Of a stretch of DNA of 41,969 nt, positions 1 through 9,113 are shown piece by piece (positions within the stretch are counted from its first letter, which is position 1; every line of letters starts with the position of its first letter). Source of the DNA: Oligoflexus sp. (GTDB lineage: Bacteria > Bdellovibrionota_B > Oligoflexia > Oligoflexales > Oligoflexaceae); the NCBI GenBank assembly GCA_041736305.1, contig JBGSTX010000124.1, forward strand, positions 1 through 41,969, in the 5' to 3' direction. The notes under the pieces were generated by a model. It was not told the origin of the DNA. It searched no databases and saw only the letters and a list, made by a program, of their open reading frames with translations. The position numbers were made by a program, and so were the translations under genes.

Positions 1-1
1 C

Positions 2-298
2 GGCGAGAAAAAGCGCAATGAGATACTGCAGATGGCCGTGCTTTCGCCTCGGCTCGCCTTACTCGATGAAACCGATTCAGGTCTCGACGTCGACTCGCTG
101 CGGATCGTTGCCGAGGGCGTCAATAAGCTGAAGAGTGAAGACAATGCGATCGTCATGATCACGCACTATCCGCGCATTCTCAACTACATCAAACCTGATG
201 TTGTCCATGTTCTTGCGGGAGGACGAATTGTTAAGTCCGGCGATCTCTCACTGGCACTTGCCATCGAAGAGCGCGGCTATGACTGGCTCTTGAACTGA
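2..298 (+). CDS. sufC: Fe-S cluster assembly ATPase SufC (5' partial)
   Basis: Open frame from the window edge: [47 protein letters not shown], typical of the SufC C-terminus; directly upstream of sufD. Confidence 0.96.
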   Translation, partial: GEKKRNEILQMAVLSPRLALLDETDSGLDVDSLRIVAEGVNKLKSEDNAIVMITHYPRILNYIKPDVVHVLAGGRIVKSGDLSLALAIEERGYDWLLN

Positions 299-301
299 AA
301 G

Positions 302-1609
302 GTGACCTTCGACATGCAGGCTCATATGCAAGAAGTTTTTCAGCGCCTTAAAAGTTCATCCTGGACTCCTGCGTGGGTTCGGGAAACGCGCGAACGCGCC
401 TTTCAGGATTTTCAGGCCTTAGGCTGGCCTACGCGCCAAGATGAAAATTGGAAATACACCAGTACGAAAGCTCTCGCCGAGACTGCCTTCGCGTGGAATG
501 AGCTCCCACAGGAAGCCGGATCACCAGTAGCGGCTAAGCTTGAAGAGTTTTTTCTGGAAGGGGCTTATGTCCTCGTGTTCGTCAATGGACGCCTTTCAGC
601 TGGTCTCTCTCGCCTTCCTGAGAGCGAGGGCGTGAGATTTGCCCCTCTCGAGGAAGCTCTTGAACATCCATCGCCTCGGGTGCGTGACTTCCTTACGCCC
701 GCAGTAGCAGGCAGCATGGAGGCTTTGAATCTGGCTTTTTTCAATAGCGGCTATCTTCTCCATCTCGAGCCTGGAGTGAAGATTGAAAAGCCCTTTCAGA
801 TTCTCTACGTGAATTCAAATAAGCAGGCGGAAGATGCAGCAGAATTGATCTGCCCTCGGAGCCTTATTCTCCTGGAAGAAAACGCCGAAGCAACCGTCGT
901 GGAAAGCTACTTCAGCTACCTTGAGGGACATTTCACCAACAGTGTGACCCGAGCCTATGCAGGGAAGAACGCCCAGCTTCGAATGAGTCTAGAAAAAGTC
1001 TTGAGCTCGCAGTCTCAGCATCTAAGCCAAACTTTTTGCGAGCTGGAACGCGATGCCCGCGTTCACACCTTCACTCTCAATTTGGGTGGCCGCCTATCGA
1101 GGACAGAGCAGTCCTTTAAGCTGCTCGGTGAGGGCTCTTATGCGCAATTCGATGGTCTTTACATCGGGCGCGGACAGTCTCATATCGACAATCATACCGA
1201 AGTACAGCACATTGCAGCGCACACGAAGAGTTCTCAAGTTTTCAAGGGTATACTCCATGATAAAAGTCGCGCTGTGTTCGATGGGCGCATCAATATAGTA
1301 AAAAATGCCCAAGGCTCTGCCGCGCAACAGCTGAACAAGAATCTCTTGATGAGTGAAACGGCCGAAATAGACACCAAGCCTCAGCTGCAGATCGATGCAG
1401 ACGATGTTCGCTGCTCGCACGGTGCGACGGTAGGTCGTCTCGATCGCGATGAGCTCTTCTACTTGCAGAGTCGTGGCATACCACGTGCAGAAGGCGAAAT
1501 AATGCTTTCGAAAGCCTTTGTTCGCGACGTGATCAGCCGCATCAATAAGAGCCCGATCGAGCAGCGCCTAGAACGTCTGCTCGTCCAATACGGTGGGATG
1601 GAAGTTTGA
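302..1609 (+). CDS. sufD: Fe-S cluster assembly protein SufD
   Basis: PTRQDENWKYT, FKGILHDKSRAVFDGRI, AEIDTKPQLQIDADDVRCSHGATVG, LFYLQSRGI motifs. Confidence 0.95.
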   Translation: MTFDMQAHMQEVFQRLKSSSWTPAWVRETRERAFQDFQALGWPTRQDENWKYTSTKALAETAFAWNELPQEAGSPVAAKLEEFFLEGAYVLVFVNGRLSAGLSRLPESEGVRFAPLEEALEHPSPRVRDFLTPAVAGSMEALNLAFFNSGYLLHLEPGVKIEKPFQILYVNSNKQAEDAAELICPRSLILLEENAEATVVESYFSYLEGHFTNSVTRAYAGKNAQLRMSLEKVLSSQSQHLSQTFCELERDARVHTFTLNLGGRLSRTEQSFKLLGEGSYAQFDGLYIGRGQSHIDNHTEVQHIAAHTKSSQVFKGILHDKSRAVFDGRINIVKNAQGSAAQQLNKNLLMSETAEIDTKPQLQIDADDVRCSHGATVGRLDRDELFYLQSRGIPRAEGEIMLSKAFVRDVISRINKSPIEQRLERLLVQYGGMEV

Positions 1610-1647
1610 TGGTCAAGCCAGCAGGACAAGAGGGAAAGGAGTCTTTC

Positions 1648-2208
1648 ATGGACGTTAAGATGATGATACAGCCGACTCCTAACCCATATGCAAAAAAGAT
1701 AATCTGTAACTATGATGTAAAGAGCATAGGCAAGGTTACGTTTAGCCAGCCGGAGGACTGTGCCCACATCCCTTTGGCGAAAGCCCTCTTCGAAATTCCG
1801 AGTGTAACGCAGGTGCACTTTTTCGAGAATGCGATCACCCTGACCCAAGATGGGTCTGTCTCTTGGGATGAGATCCTCGAAGTGGCCCGCAGACTTATCA
1901 AAGCTCTCTTGGCCGAGCATAATCCCGATTTCGCTTCACCCGAGGAAATGCGCCGCTCCGATATGTCGCCTGAGTTGAAGCAGATTGAGGAGATTCTCGA
2001 TCGGACGATTCGACCTGCCTTGCAGAGCGACGGGGGAGATTTGCAGATACTAGCTCTTGAAGGCAATTTTCTGACGATTCGTTACGAAGGTGCCTGTGGG
2101 ACCTGTCCCAGCTCGGTCACCGGAACTTTGTCCGCTATGCAGAGTATTCTTAGAGAGGAATTTAATCCTGAAATCGAGATCATCCCGATCCAAGAAGATC
2201 TCTCGTAA
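1648..2208 (+). CDS. Nfu/NifU-family Fe-S carrier (Nfu_N plus NifU C-terminal domain)
   Basis: IQPTPNP N-terminus; IRPALQSDGGD and GACGTCPSS (CxxC); AAGGAG RBS before ATG 1648 (ORF track starts at 1606). Confidence 0.9.
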   Translation: MDVKMMIQPTPNPYAKKIICNYDVKSIGKVTFSQPEDCAHIPLAKALFEIPSVTQVHFFENAITLTQDGSVSWDEILEVARRLIKALLAEHNPDFASPEEMRRSDMSPELKQIEEILDRTIRPALQSDGGDLQILALEGNFLTIRYEGACGTCPSSVTGTLSAMQSILREEFNPEIEIIPIQEDLS

Positions 2209-2220
2209 AGGCTTGCGATG

Positions 2221-2241
2221 AGCCGTCTCGTCGAGGCGGCT
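2221..2241. terminator. Hairpin between convergent genes, possible terminator
   Basis: agccgtctc/gaggcggct 9-bp stem with one G-U pair; no clear U tract. Confidence 0.45.
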
Positions 2242-2242
2242 G

Positions 2243-2614
2243 CTATAGCAAGCGAAAGGCCCAGCGGAAAAAGGCCTGCACCAGAGTCAGCATGATGGCT
2301 CCTACGATAGCCCCCAGCCAGCTTACCCGAAACCCCGATACAAGCGCCGCTGTCAGCTTCAGCATAGCCCCATTTAAGACCAGCCAAAAGATGCCTAAAG
2401 TCACCATGGTAAGTGGTAAAGTAAGGACCGTAAGCAGAGGCAAGAGAAGAGCGTTGACCAAGGCGAGGAGGAGCGCTGCGACCAAAGCTGTACCGAAGCC
2501 ATCGATGATCATCCCGGGGATGAGCCGGGAGGTGACGATGAGAGCTGCGGCGTTGATAAGCCAGGTCACGAGGCCTTGTATCAGGTAAATTTCTTGCTGA
2601 TTGCGTATAGGCAT
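2243..2614 (-). CDS. YvlD/DUF360-type 4-TM membrane protein (phage holin family annotation)
   Basis: WLINAAAL..ALVNALLLPLLTVLTLPLTMVTLGIFWLVLNG pattern; four hydrophobic segments; GAGGAG RBS before ATG 2614. Confidence 0.85.
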   Translation of the reverse strand: MPIRNQQEIYLIQGLVTWLINAAALIVTSRLIPGMIIDGFGTALVAALLLALVNALLLPLLTVLTLPLTMVTLGIFWLVLNGAMLKLTAALVSGFRVSWLGAIVGAIMLTLVQAFFRWAFRLL

Positions 2615-2703
2615 CGATACTGCTCCTCTCGCCAAGAACCATGCATCAGTTTACCGCATTGTGGGTTCAGCGAGCGAGAAGAGAGAAGATGAAGGGAAAA
2701 AAC

Positions 2704-2889
2704 TTAGGAAAAAATCGCTGGTAGGAGAAAAGCTAGGGTGGCGAGAAAAGTAAAACCAATCCACATTCCGAAAACTGCCAGGGCTTGTTGCTTCTGCATG
2801 CGCTCGTGGGTTTCAGCAAACTGCTCAATCAAGCTGACTTCGTAAACGGCGCGACTACGGCTGGCCAAATAGGTGACCTTGGAGTTCAT
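2704..2889 (-). CDS. Small hypothetical membrane protein
   Basis: 61 aa, one C-terminal TM segment, GAGG upstream of ATG, fills an intergenic gap. Confidence 0.6.
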   Translation of the reverse strand: MNSKVTYLASRSRAVYEVSLIEQFAETHERMQKQQALAVFGMWIGFTFLATLAFLLPAIFS

Positions 2890-3116
2890 AGGATGCCTCG
2901 GATATTTGTTTTCTTGACGTGGCTGTCGTAACAGCGGGCAGAAGCTAAGTCAAATTATTTTTGGACCTCTGGAAAAAGCGGCTAAAAAATCCAAAGGTGC
3001 TCGTAAGATAGGAGGGGGTTCCAGCGCCTTTTTGCTTTGCAAAAATTGCGGTGCCACGTATCTTAAGCGATCAACCATCTATTGGCCCCCTGAGGGCGCG
3101 TGAAACCGAGTAGATC

Positions 3117-5180
3117 ATGACTCATTCCCCTCCTTTGGCACCTCGACGAAGATTCAGGCGCAAGTCGCCCCAGCATTTGCCGGATCCCTGGCAATGGCTT
3201 GAAAATGCAGAAGGCGTGCAGACGCGAAAGTATTTAAAGGAAGAAAACGCCTACTATGAGGCGATGATGCAGCCCCATATCGCCCTTAAAGAAGAAATCT
3301 TTGAGGAGCTGAAGGGTCGAGTGGCTGAAGATGATAGCAGCATCCCCGAACGCGATGGGGACTACTGGTACTACGTACGTTTTGAAAAGGGGCAGCAATA
3401 TCCCCTCTACTGCCGGAAGCTTGGGGATCTTGATGCTCCCGAAGAAATCTATCTAAATCACAACGACATCGCGGCCCAGCACGAGTTTTGCGAACTAGGT
3501 TTTGTCGATGTCAGTCCCGATCACAAATATCTGGCCTATTGCGTCGATACTGATGGAGACGAGAGTTACACGATCTTCCTCAAAAACTTGACGAATGGGG
3601 AGCTCCTCGACCGCACCATCGACCATGCTTCATCCTGCTTTGAATGGAAAAATTCCGAGGGCTTCTTCTATGTGCTCCTCGACGATAAAGATCGACCTAG
3701 TTGCGTTAAATACCACCTGCTCGGTCATCCCCTGACCGAGGACAAAACGATATATCAGGAATCGGATCCCAGCTTTTTCGTAGGGCTGGATGGATCTGAG
3801 AGTGACGCGTATATCTTCATTGTCTGCCACGCTTATGATTCCTCCGAAACATACGCTCACGCTATCAACGCCCCGGACCTGCGTTTTCAGTTGATTGAGC
3901 CGCGAAGACCGCAGCATGAATATGATGTGACTCACCACGGCGGATCTTTCTTGATCCTGACGAATCACCAAGCTGACAACTTCCGTCTAGTAAGCGTTTC
4001 GGTGCACGCGCCTCGAGCCGAGAACTGGCACTCGCTGGTGGAACATGATCCAGAGATCTTGCTAGAAGGGCTTGTCGCCTACGAAAATTACATTGTGGTC
4101 GCTGAGAGACGGCGAGGCAAACCTCGGCTCAGAATCTTACCCAAAGGAGCCAAAGAGCCTCTCTTTATAGAATATGAAGAAGAAGCCTACGAGCTATCTA
4201 TAGCGGTAGGAAGAGATTATCGCTCAGAAAGTTTTCGCTACTGGTACTCCTCTCCACGCGAACCGCAGACTCTCTATGAGTATTCGCTCGCTGATCAGTC
4301 GAAGACTATGCTGAAGCAAAGGGCCGTACCTGACCCTAAATTTTCTCCCGATAACTACGAGATAAAACGCATCTGGTCACCCTCTCGCGATGGGCAAAGC
4401 ATACCCGTGACCCTTATTTATCGGAAAGAACTGAAGCGCGACCAAGTCCAGCCGATGGTCTTGCACGGCTATGGATCCTATGGAGAAATTCTCGACTGCG
4501 ACTTCAGCAGTTATCGCTTGAGCTTGGTCGACCGAGGCTTCATATATGCGATGGCCCATATCCGAGGCGGAATGGATCTCGGGCGTCATTGGTACCTACA
4601 GGGTAAACTCTCCTACAAATGGAACAGCTTCAACGATTTCATTGATGTCACCGAATATCTCATTCAAGAGGGCTGGACTAGCAAAAAGCAGATCATCGCG
4701 GAAGGGTCTAGCGCCGGCGGGATGCTGATGGGTGTGATCGCCAATGAACGGCCCGAGCTTTATCTCGGCATTGTGGCTTCTGTACCTTTTATCGATGTTC
4801 TCAATACAATGCTCGACCCCGAGCTTCCTCTGACAACCCTCGAATACAACGAGTGGGGTCATCCAGACGAACCGGAAGCCTATGCTCTCATCAAGAGTTA
4901 TGCTCCCTACGAAAATGTTCGCCCTCAGGCTTATCCCCACCTCCTTGTAGTCGCGAGCCTTCACGACAAACGGGTAATGTATTGGGAAGCAGCCAAGTGG
5001 GTAGCAAAGTTACGTGTAACGAAAACCGACCAGAATCTTCTGCTTTTGAAGGTAGATCTCAAGACAGGCCATGGTGGAGCTTCAGGTCGATATGATTCTC
5101 TGCGCGAGCTCGCCGAAGAACTTTGTTTCATGATCATGCTGAAGAAAAATTTTATAGAAGATGCAATTAAGAAAGAATAA
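3117..5180 (+). CDS. ptrB: Oligopeptidase B (S9A prolyl oligopeptidase family)
   Basis: DPWQWLE, GYGSYG, AHIRGG, catalytic GSSAGG, HDKRV, GHGGASGRYD; 687 aa. Confidence 0.93.
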   Translation: MTHSPPLAPRRRFRRKSPQHLPDPWQWLENAEGVQTRKYLKEENAYYEAMMQPHIALKEEIFEELKGRVAEDDSSIPERDGDYWYYVRFEKGQQYPLYCRKLGDLDAPEEIYLNHNDIAAQHEFCELGFVDVSPDHKYLAYCVDTDGDESYTIFLKNLTNGELLDRTIDHASSCFEWKNSEGFFYVLLDDKDRPSCVKYHLLGHPLTEDKTIYQESDPSFFVGLDGSESDAYIFIVCHAYDSSETYAHAINAPDLRFQLIEPRRPQHEYDVTHHGGSFLILTNHQADNFRLVSVSVHAPRAENWHSLVEHDPEILLEGLVAYENYIVVAERRRGKPRLRILPKGAKEPLFIEYEEEAYELSIAVGRDYRSESFRYWYSSPREPQTLYEYSLADQSKTMLKQRAVPDPKFSPDNYEIKRIWSPSRDGQSIPVTLIYRKELKRDQVQPMVLHGYGSYGEILDCDFSSYRLSLVDRGFIYAMAHIRGGMDLGRHWYLQGKLSYKWNSFNDFIDVTEYLIQEGWTSKKQIIAEGSSAGGMLMGVIANERPELYLGIVASVPFIDVLNTMLDPELPLTTLEYNEWGHPDEPEAYALIKSYAPYENVRPQAYPHLLVVASLHDKRVMYWEAAKWVAKLRVTKTDQNLLLLKVDLKTGHGGASGRYDSLRELAEELCFMIMLKKNFIEDAIKKE

Positions 5181-5186
5181 AGATGG

Positions 5187-5210
5187 GCCGTGCTTTTATA
5201 ATGGCACGGC
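5187..5210. terminator. Hairpin between convergent genes
   Basis: gccgtgc/gcacggc stem just after the ptrB stop and before the opposite-strand stop. Confidence 0.5.
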
Positions 5211-5218
5211 TATTGATT

Positions 5219-5584
5219 TCAGCGCTTGACAGTCAAATCAGACACAAAATAGATCTGATCAAAAGTCCGATTGAGGGCTTTGCTATGAAAATTGTGCATT
5301 GACTGGGCATTCTCAAAAGAAACGAGGTCACCTTTTTTTACATCAGTTTTATTGGTGGCCAGCCACTGGCTACCTTTTCCGTGAGCAAACTGCACATAGG
5401 TGTAGCTCGCGACCTCGATGGTATCGAGGACTTTTCCAGTCATGCTCGACGCTTCACCCAACATTTCGTTCGTATATTGCTTGGTAGCACCAAAAGCCGA
5501 GCTATTATCAGAAGCGGGAGCAGCCAAACCCAGGCTCGTGACGCTAGACATTACCATTAGAGATGCGATTAAAAGCTTCATCAA
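5219..5584 (-). CDS. Secreted NrfJ-related small protein (probable OB-fold)
   Basis: Signal peptide; GKVLDTIEVASYTYV..WLA..MHNFHSKALNRTFDQIYF resembles NrfJ-related proteins. Confidence 0.7.
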   Translation of the reverse strand: MMKLLIASLMVMSSVTSLGLAAPASDNSSAFGATKQYTNEMLGEASSMTGKVLDTIEVASYTYVQFAHGKGSQWLATNKTDVKKGDLVSFENAQSMHNFHSKALNRTFDQIYFVSDLTVKR

Positions 5585-5814
5585 AACCTCCCAAAAAACC
5601 CACTAAGGCTGAGCTATTCTACTGAAAAAATCTAAACTCGACCACTAATCGCAGGAGGCTTTTCTTTTATGCGAAAAAAATAACATTTACAAGTTTGAAG
5701 GATATAACCACAATCGGCCTGAGTTAGGGACTTGACTGCTCCAAAAAAAGCGTTTCGCCCACGCTGCAGTTGGTCCCCCAAATAAATTCATTCTGGTCAT
5801 CAAAGGGGATCACC

Positions 5815-7419
5815 ATGACATGGAAATGGCCGCGCATTGCCTTATTTTGCCTTCTCACCTGTTTTAACCACGGATGTGGCACACCTTCGACGGAAATGAC
5901 CACCTTACAATCTGACGATGATAACTATTCAATTCAAACTTTTCGATTTAAGAGTTTTGATGGTGCCGAACTCGCTGCCAAGATTTTTCAACCCAAGCCC
6001 GGTCTCTTCTCAGGCCCAAGACCTACCGTAATTTTCGCCAATTCCTGGGGTCTTAGCGAGTCGGAATACGACGGCCCGGCCCGACGCCTAGCAAAACTTG
6101 GTTATATTGCTCTAAGCTATGCAACGCGTGGCTTCAGTACGTCCGACGACGAGGTGAACGTCGGCGGTTCCAGCGACATACGTGATGTTAGTGCCTTAGT
6201 TGATTGGCTTGAAGATAACACTGAAGCTGATATTCAGAATCTTGCCATGGGTGGACTCTCCTATGGCGCCGGCATCGCGCTCCTAGCTGCTGCCCAAGAA
6301 CCGCGCCTCAAAACAGTGTTCGCCATTAGTGGTTGGGGAAATCTAGAGCAGGCTCTGTATGGGCAAGACACTATGCGAAGTACCTGGACCAAGCTTTTGG
6401 TGGGCTCGGGCCAGTTAGTAGGTCGCATAGGACAGGAAGTTCGTGAAAATCTCATGCGACTGCGGCGAAATGTAGATGTAGATAAAGTTCGGGCATGGGC
6501 GGCTGAACGCTCACCGATCACCTATATCGATCAAATAAATGCGCGTCAGGTGCCTATTTTCCTTGCGAACAGCTATCAGGACAACCTCTTTCCGCCCAAT
6601 CAGATGCGTAGCTTCTATGAGAAATTAAGCGGACCTAAAGTTTTCTATTTAGATCGTGGGATTCACGCAAGCTCGGCCTTTCCTGGAAACTTTGGTTTGC
6701 CGAACGATATTTGGGATGAAACAATTCGTTGGTTAGACTATTGGCTTAGGGATATAAATACTGGCGTGGCCAATAAAGCTCCCATTAATTTCCGTATCGG
6801 TAAGCAGTCGGAGCTCTACGGAACCTTTCCTGCCATGTATGACAAAAAAGTCGATCTCATTCTCAAACCGCTCAACGAGAACTCGAATAAAAACGACAAG
6901 TCCGAGGCTGAGATCGCAGCCAGCTTAGCTATTTCGGGTGGTTTGGACTCCGGAGCCACCAGTGGTGCTCCGCTTTTAGGCGAAAGCTTAGAAGGAATAT
7001 TCGGCCAGGCAATCAAGAAACATATCAAGCGGATTGATATGCGTTATGCGGCGGTCTACGAGAGCCCTGTCTTGAAAAATGGGGGGCGAATACGTGGATC
7101 GCCCAAAGTTACGCTCTATCTAGACCCACATCCTTCTCCCCTGCAGTTAGTAGCCTACCTTTATGACGTAGATACTAAGGGGGTTGGAACCTTAGTGTGT
7201 CATGGGGTCTTCAGTAGGCGTGAAGGTCAGAACGATGCGAGTAAAGTCGAACTTGATCTGGCTATTGCGGCCTACACGGTTGCGAAGGGACATAAGCTGG
7301 TCGTCGCTATGGATACTCTCGACCCACTGTATGAAAATCCCAGCAGTAACCAGTACAGACTGTCTCTAAAACGTGCAGACCCTGAAGCGACGTCTATCGA
7401 GATTCCACTCCTGCCTTAA
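5815..7419 (+). CDS. CocE/NonD (S15) family alpha/beta hydrolase, probable lipoprotein
   Basis: SYATRGFSTS, nucleophile motif GLSYGAG, C-terminal GSPKV..LVAYLYDVD (PepX_C-like); hydrophobic N-terminus with Cys. Confidence 0.85.
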   Translation: MTWKWPRIALFCLLTCFNHGCGTPSTEMTTLQSDDDNYSIQTFRFKSFDGAELAAKIFQPKPGLFSGPRPTVIFANSWGLSESEYDGPARRLAKLGYIALSYATRGFSTSDDEVNVGGSSDIRDVSALVDWLEDNTEADIQNLAMGGLSYGAGIALLAAAQEPRLKTVFAISGWGNLEQALYGQDTMRSTWTKLLVGSGQLVGRIGQEVRENLMRLRRNVDVDKVRAWAAERSPITYIDQINARQVPIFLANSYQDNLFPPNQMRSFYEKLSGPKVFYLDRGIHASSAFPGNFGLPNDIWDETIRWLDYWLRDINTGVANKAPINFRIGKQSELYGTFPAMYDKKVDLILKPLNENSNKNDKSEAEIAASLAISGGLDSGATSGAPLLGESLEGIFGQAIKKHIKRIDMRYAAVYESPVLKNGGRIRGSPKVTLYLDPHPSPLQLVAYLYDVDTKGVGTLVCHGVFSRREGQNDASKVELDLAIAAYTVAKGHKLVVAMDTLDPLYENPSSNQYRLSLKRADPEATSIEIPLLP

Positions 7420-7429
7420 AAGGTCTTTC

Positions 7430-7453
7430 CGCTGTGTGCCTTGGCACACAGCG
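7430..7453. promoter_or_regulatory. Perfect inverted repeat: terminator hairpin or enhancer-binding site
   Basis: cgctgtgtgcc-tt-ggcacacagcg; no U tract; contains TGT-N10-ACA; 80-100 bp upstream of a sigma54 motif. Confidence 0.45.
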
Positions 7454-7497
7454 TTCACGCCGGTTATTTTCGCTTCGCATTACCACTACGCCAAAAT

Positions 7498-7523
7498 AAA
7501 CAAGGACGAGCGGATCCTTGTTT
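7498..7523. terminator. Hairpin, possible bidirectional terminator
   Basis: aaacaagga-N8-tccttgttt flanked by A/T-rich sequence, between convergent genes. Confidence 0.45.
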
Positions 7524-7530
7524 TGAAAAA

Positions 7531-7546
7531 CGGCACCTCTTTTGCA
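7531..7546 (+). promoter_or_regulatory. Putative sigma54 (-24/-12) promoter
   Basis: CGGCACCTCTTTTGCA matches YGGCAC-N5-TTGCW with exact GG-N10-GC spacing. Confidence 0.6.
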
Positions 7547-7555
7547 GATATAAGA

Positions 7556-7735
7556 GCAGAGGGCGCAATAGCCCAGCCTCGAAGGAAGGGGTCCTGTGAA
7601 CTAGTCCGTTGTGTGATCTTGGATGTCTTACCCAATATCTTCCGTAATCCAACCACACAATTTCCGCCTAAGAAACCTCACAGCATGCAGCGGACTGGCA
7701 AACCCCATTTCTTTCTTCTTCGACTTCTGCCTCTT
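7556..7735 (+). ncRNA. Candidate structured non-coding RNA, about 180 nt, family not recognised
   Basis: Six nested complementary segments starting at the predicted sigma54 start site; no convincing ORF. Confidence 0.4.
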
Positions 7736-7753
7736 GCTTCTCTCTCAGATATG

Positions 7754-8506
7754 CTACCAGACATACCCTACATATAGACTAATGCCGTAATCCACTTCCC
7801 AAGCTTCCGCCTTAAGATTTTGTTCATTATTGAGACGTCGCAGTTCTCCGCCGGCCATTGAAAACTCACCTTTGGAATCAACCTTAGATGCCGAAAAAGG
7901 CATATAAAGATTCAGCCAGTCCAAGCCCGTTGTCCATGATCCGAACTGCCACTGGTTACCCATAGATAGTGATAGAAGGAACTGGTCGGTTGAACCCTTG
8001 TAGCTAAAAAGCTCATCTTCCGGACCACCCATATTCACCATTTCTTTGTCCTTGACCCGCAACTGGCTCCAACCGGTAGCAATCGCCATAAAGAGCGAGT
8101 TACCCATGAAAAATTTGCCTTGGATCAATAAGGTATCAATCTCCATCTCATCGAAATTTGCAAGATTCTTTGCGCTGAATCTCGCAAATCTTGCTTCGAG
8201 CAGTTTGTTCTCATCCTGATGAATACCAACTCGAAGATCGAGACCTAAGCCCTTGCGATAGCCAGTTCCAATTTGCACGGAACCGGCGTTGGTGATGCGT
8301 TCAGTTGCACTTCGATCATTATCAGAAGAATTCTCTGACGAATCTTCGAGCTCGTTGTCCGATTCATCGATGTCCGCGTCAGTACCACTTTCCTCTTTGG
8401 GTTTTGGCTGAGAACCTGGCACGGAGGCCTCTGCTGCGAAAGCAGCCGAATGTAGGGAGAGACAGCTGATAAAGGCCTGAAGGAGAGGTTTCCATCCTTG
8501 ACGCAT
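7754..8506 (-). CDS. Putative outer-membrane beta-barrel protein
   Basis: Signal peptide, acidic linker, alternating beta strands, C-terminal YGISLYVGYVW beta-signal; GAGGA RBS before ATG 8506. Confidence 0.7.
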   Translation of the reverse strand: MRQGWKPLLQAFISCLSLHSAAFAAEASVPGSQPKPKEESGTDADIDESDNELEDSSENSSDNDRSATERITNAGSVQIGTGYRKGLGLDLRVGIHQDENKLLEARFARFSAKNLANFDEMEIDTLLIQGKFFMGNSLFMAIATGWSQLRVKDKEMVNMGGPEDELFSYKGSTDQFLLSLSMGNQWQFGSWTTGLDWLNLYMPFSASKVDSKGEFSMAGGELRRLNNEQNLKAEAWEVDYGISLYVGYVW

Positions 8507-8703
8507 CGACCATGTTCCTCTTGTTGAAAGGCATTGTTTGCGTATTGTGACAAGCCAAAGGCCAGATGACAATGTTTTTAACAAGTCACGTCGTGAAATC
8601 CCCCTTCTGCAGAAGCGTGCCTCAGTATGCGAACAGGGGGGAGGGCATTAATTTAATGCGAAGTGCTAGACGCTTTCAGCTGAGAGCGGACCAGGAGATA
8701 GGC

Positions 8704-8982
8704 TCAGGACTGGGGGCTCTTGAAGAGATACCAGCAGCCCATCGCGATGAACAGCGGACCGACTATGTATCGCATCGTCTCGGGCTTCACGTACTCTCCC
8801 AACACCTTTCCCGCGAAAACACCTATGGCTCCAGCCAGGGAGAGAGCTGCGATAACAGCCAATAGAATACTCAAGGTACTTTTGGATTGGGAAGATGCAG
8901 CAAAGGCTGCAAATTGTGTCTTGTCGCCTAACTCAGCCAAAAAAATAGTTACGAAAGTCGTAATAAACACCTTAAAGTCCAT
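8704..8982 (-). CDS. TMEM165/GDT1 (UPF0016) family Mn/Ca transporter, single-repeat form
   Basis: IFLAELGDKTQ signature, three TM helices, 92 aa. Confidence 0.9.
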   Translation of the reverse strand: MDFKVFITTFVTIFLAELGDKTQFAAFAASSQSKSTLSILLAVIAALSLAGAIGVFAGKVLGEYVKPETMRYIVGPLFIAMGCWYLFKSPQS

Positions 8983-9113
8983 TCGAATCCTCATACATAT
9001 GATTTGTGAGCCTTAGGACAATCAAATTGACTGGCCTATTGTTGTGTTTAAGCTTATACTTAATAAAACCCATGGTTCTTTGAAAGCTATCTGTGAGGCA
9101 TTTCAGGTCGACA

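Noticed and set aside
2243-2614. Holin annotation as a sign of a prophage
   Set aside because: YvlD/DUF360 proteins are common chromosomal membrane proteins; no endolysin, integrase or structural genes are nearby
5202-5217. Sigma54-like TGGCACGGCTATTGAT
   Set aside because: GA instead of GC at -12, overlaps a terminator-like hairpin and points antisense into a gene
7400-7540. Lysine riboswitch, suggested by AGAGGTGC on the minus strand
   Set aside because: No AGUA loop-E, GCCGAA or ACUGUC elements follow, and it would point antisense to the hydrolase; the same bases form the plus-strand sigma54 motif
7690-7730. c-di-GMP-I riboswitch, suggested by GGCAAAC
   Set aside because: Lacks the following GAAA-capped stem and GACGCAAA element
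7373-7777. 134-aa plus-strand ORF and 64-aa minus-strand ORF in the hydrolase/OMP gap
   Set aside because: No clear RBS, atypical composition, and the plus ORF overlaps both flanking genes; ncRNA interpretation preferred but not proven
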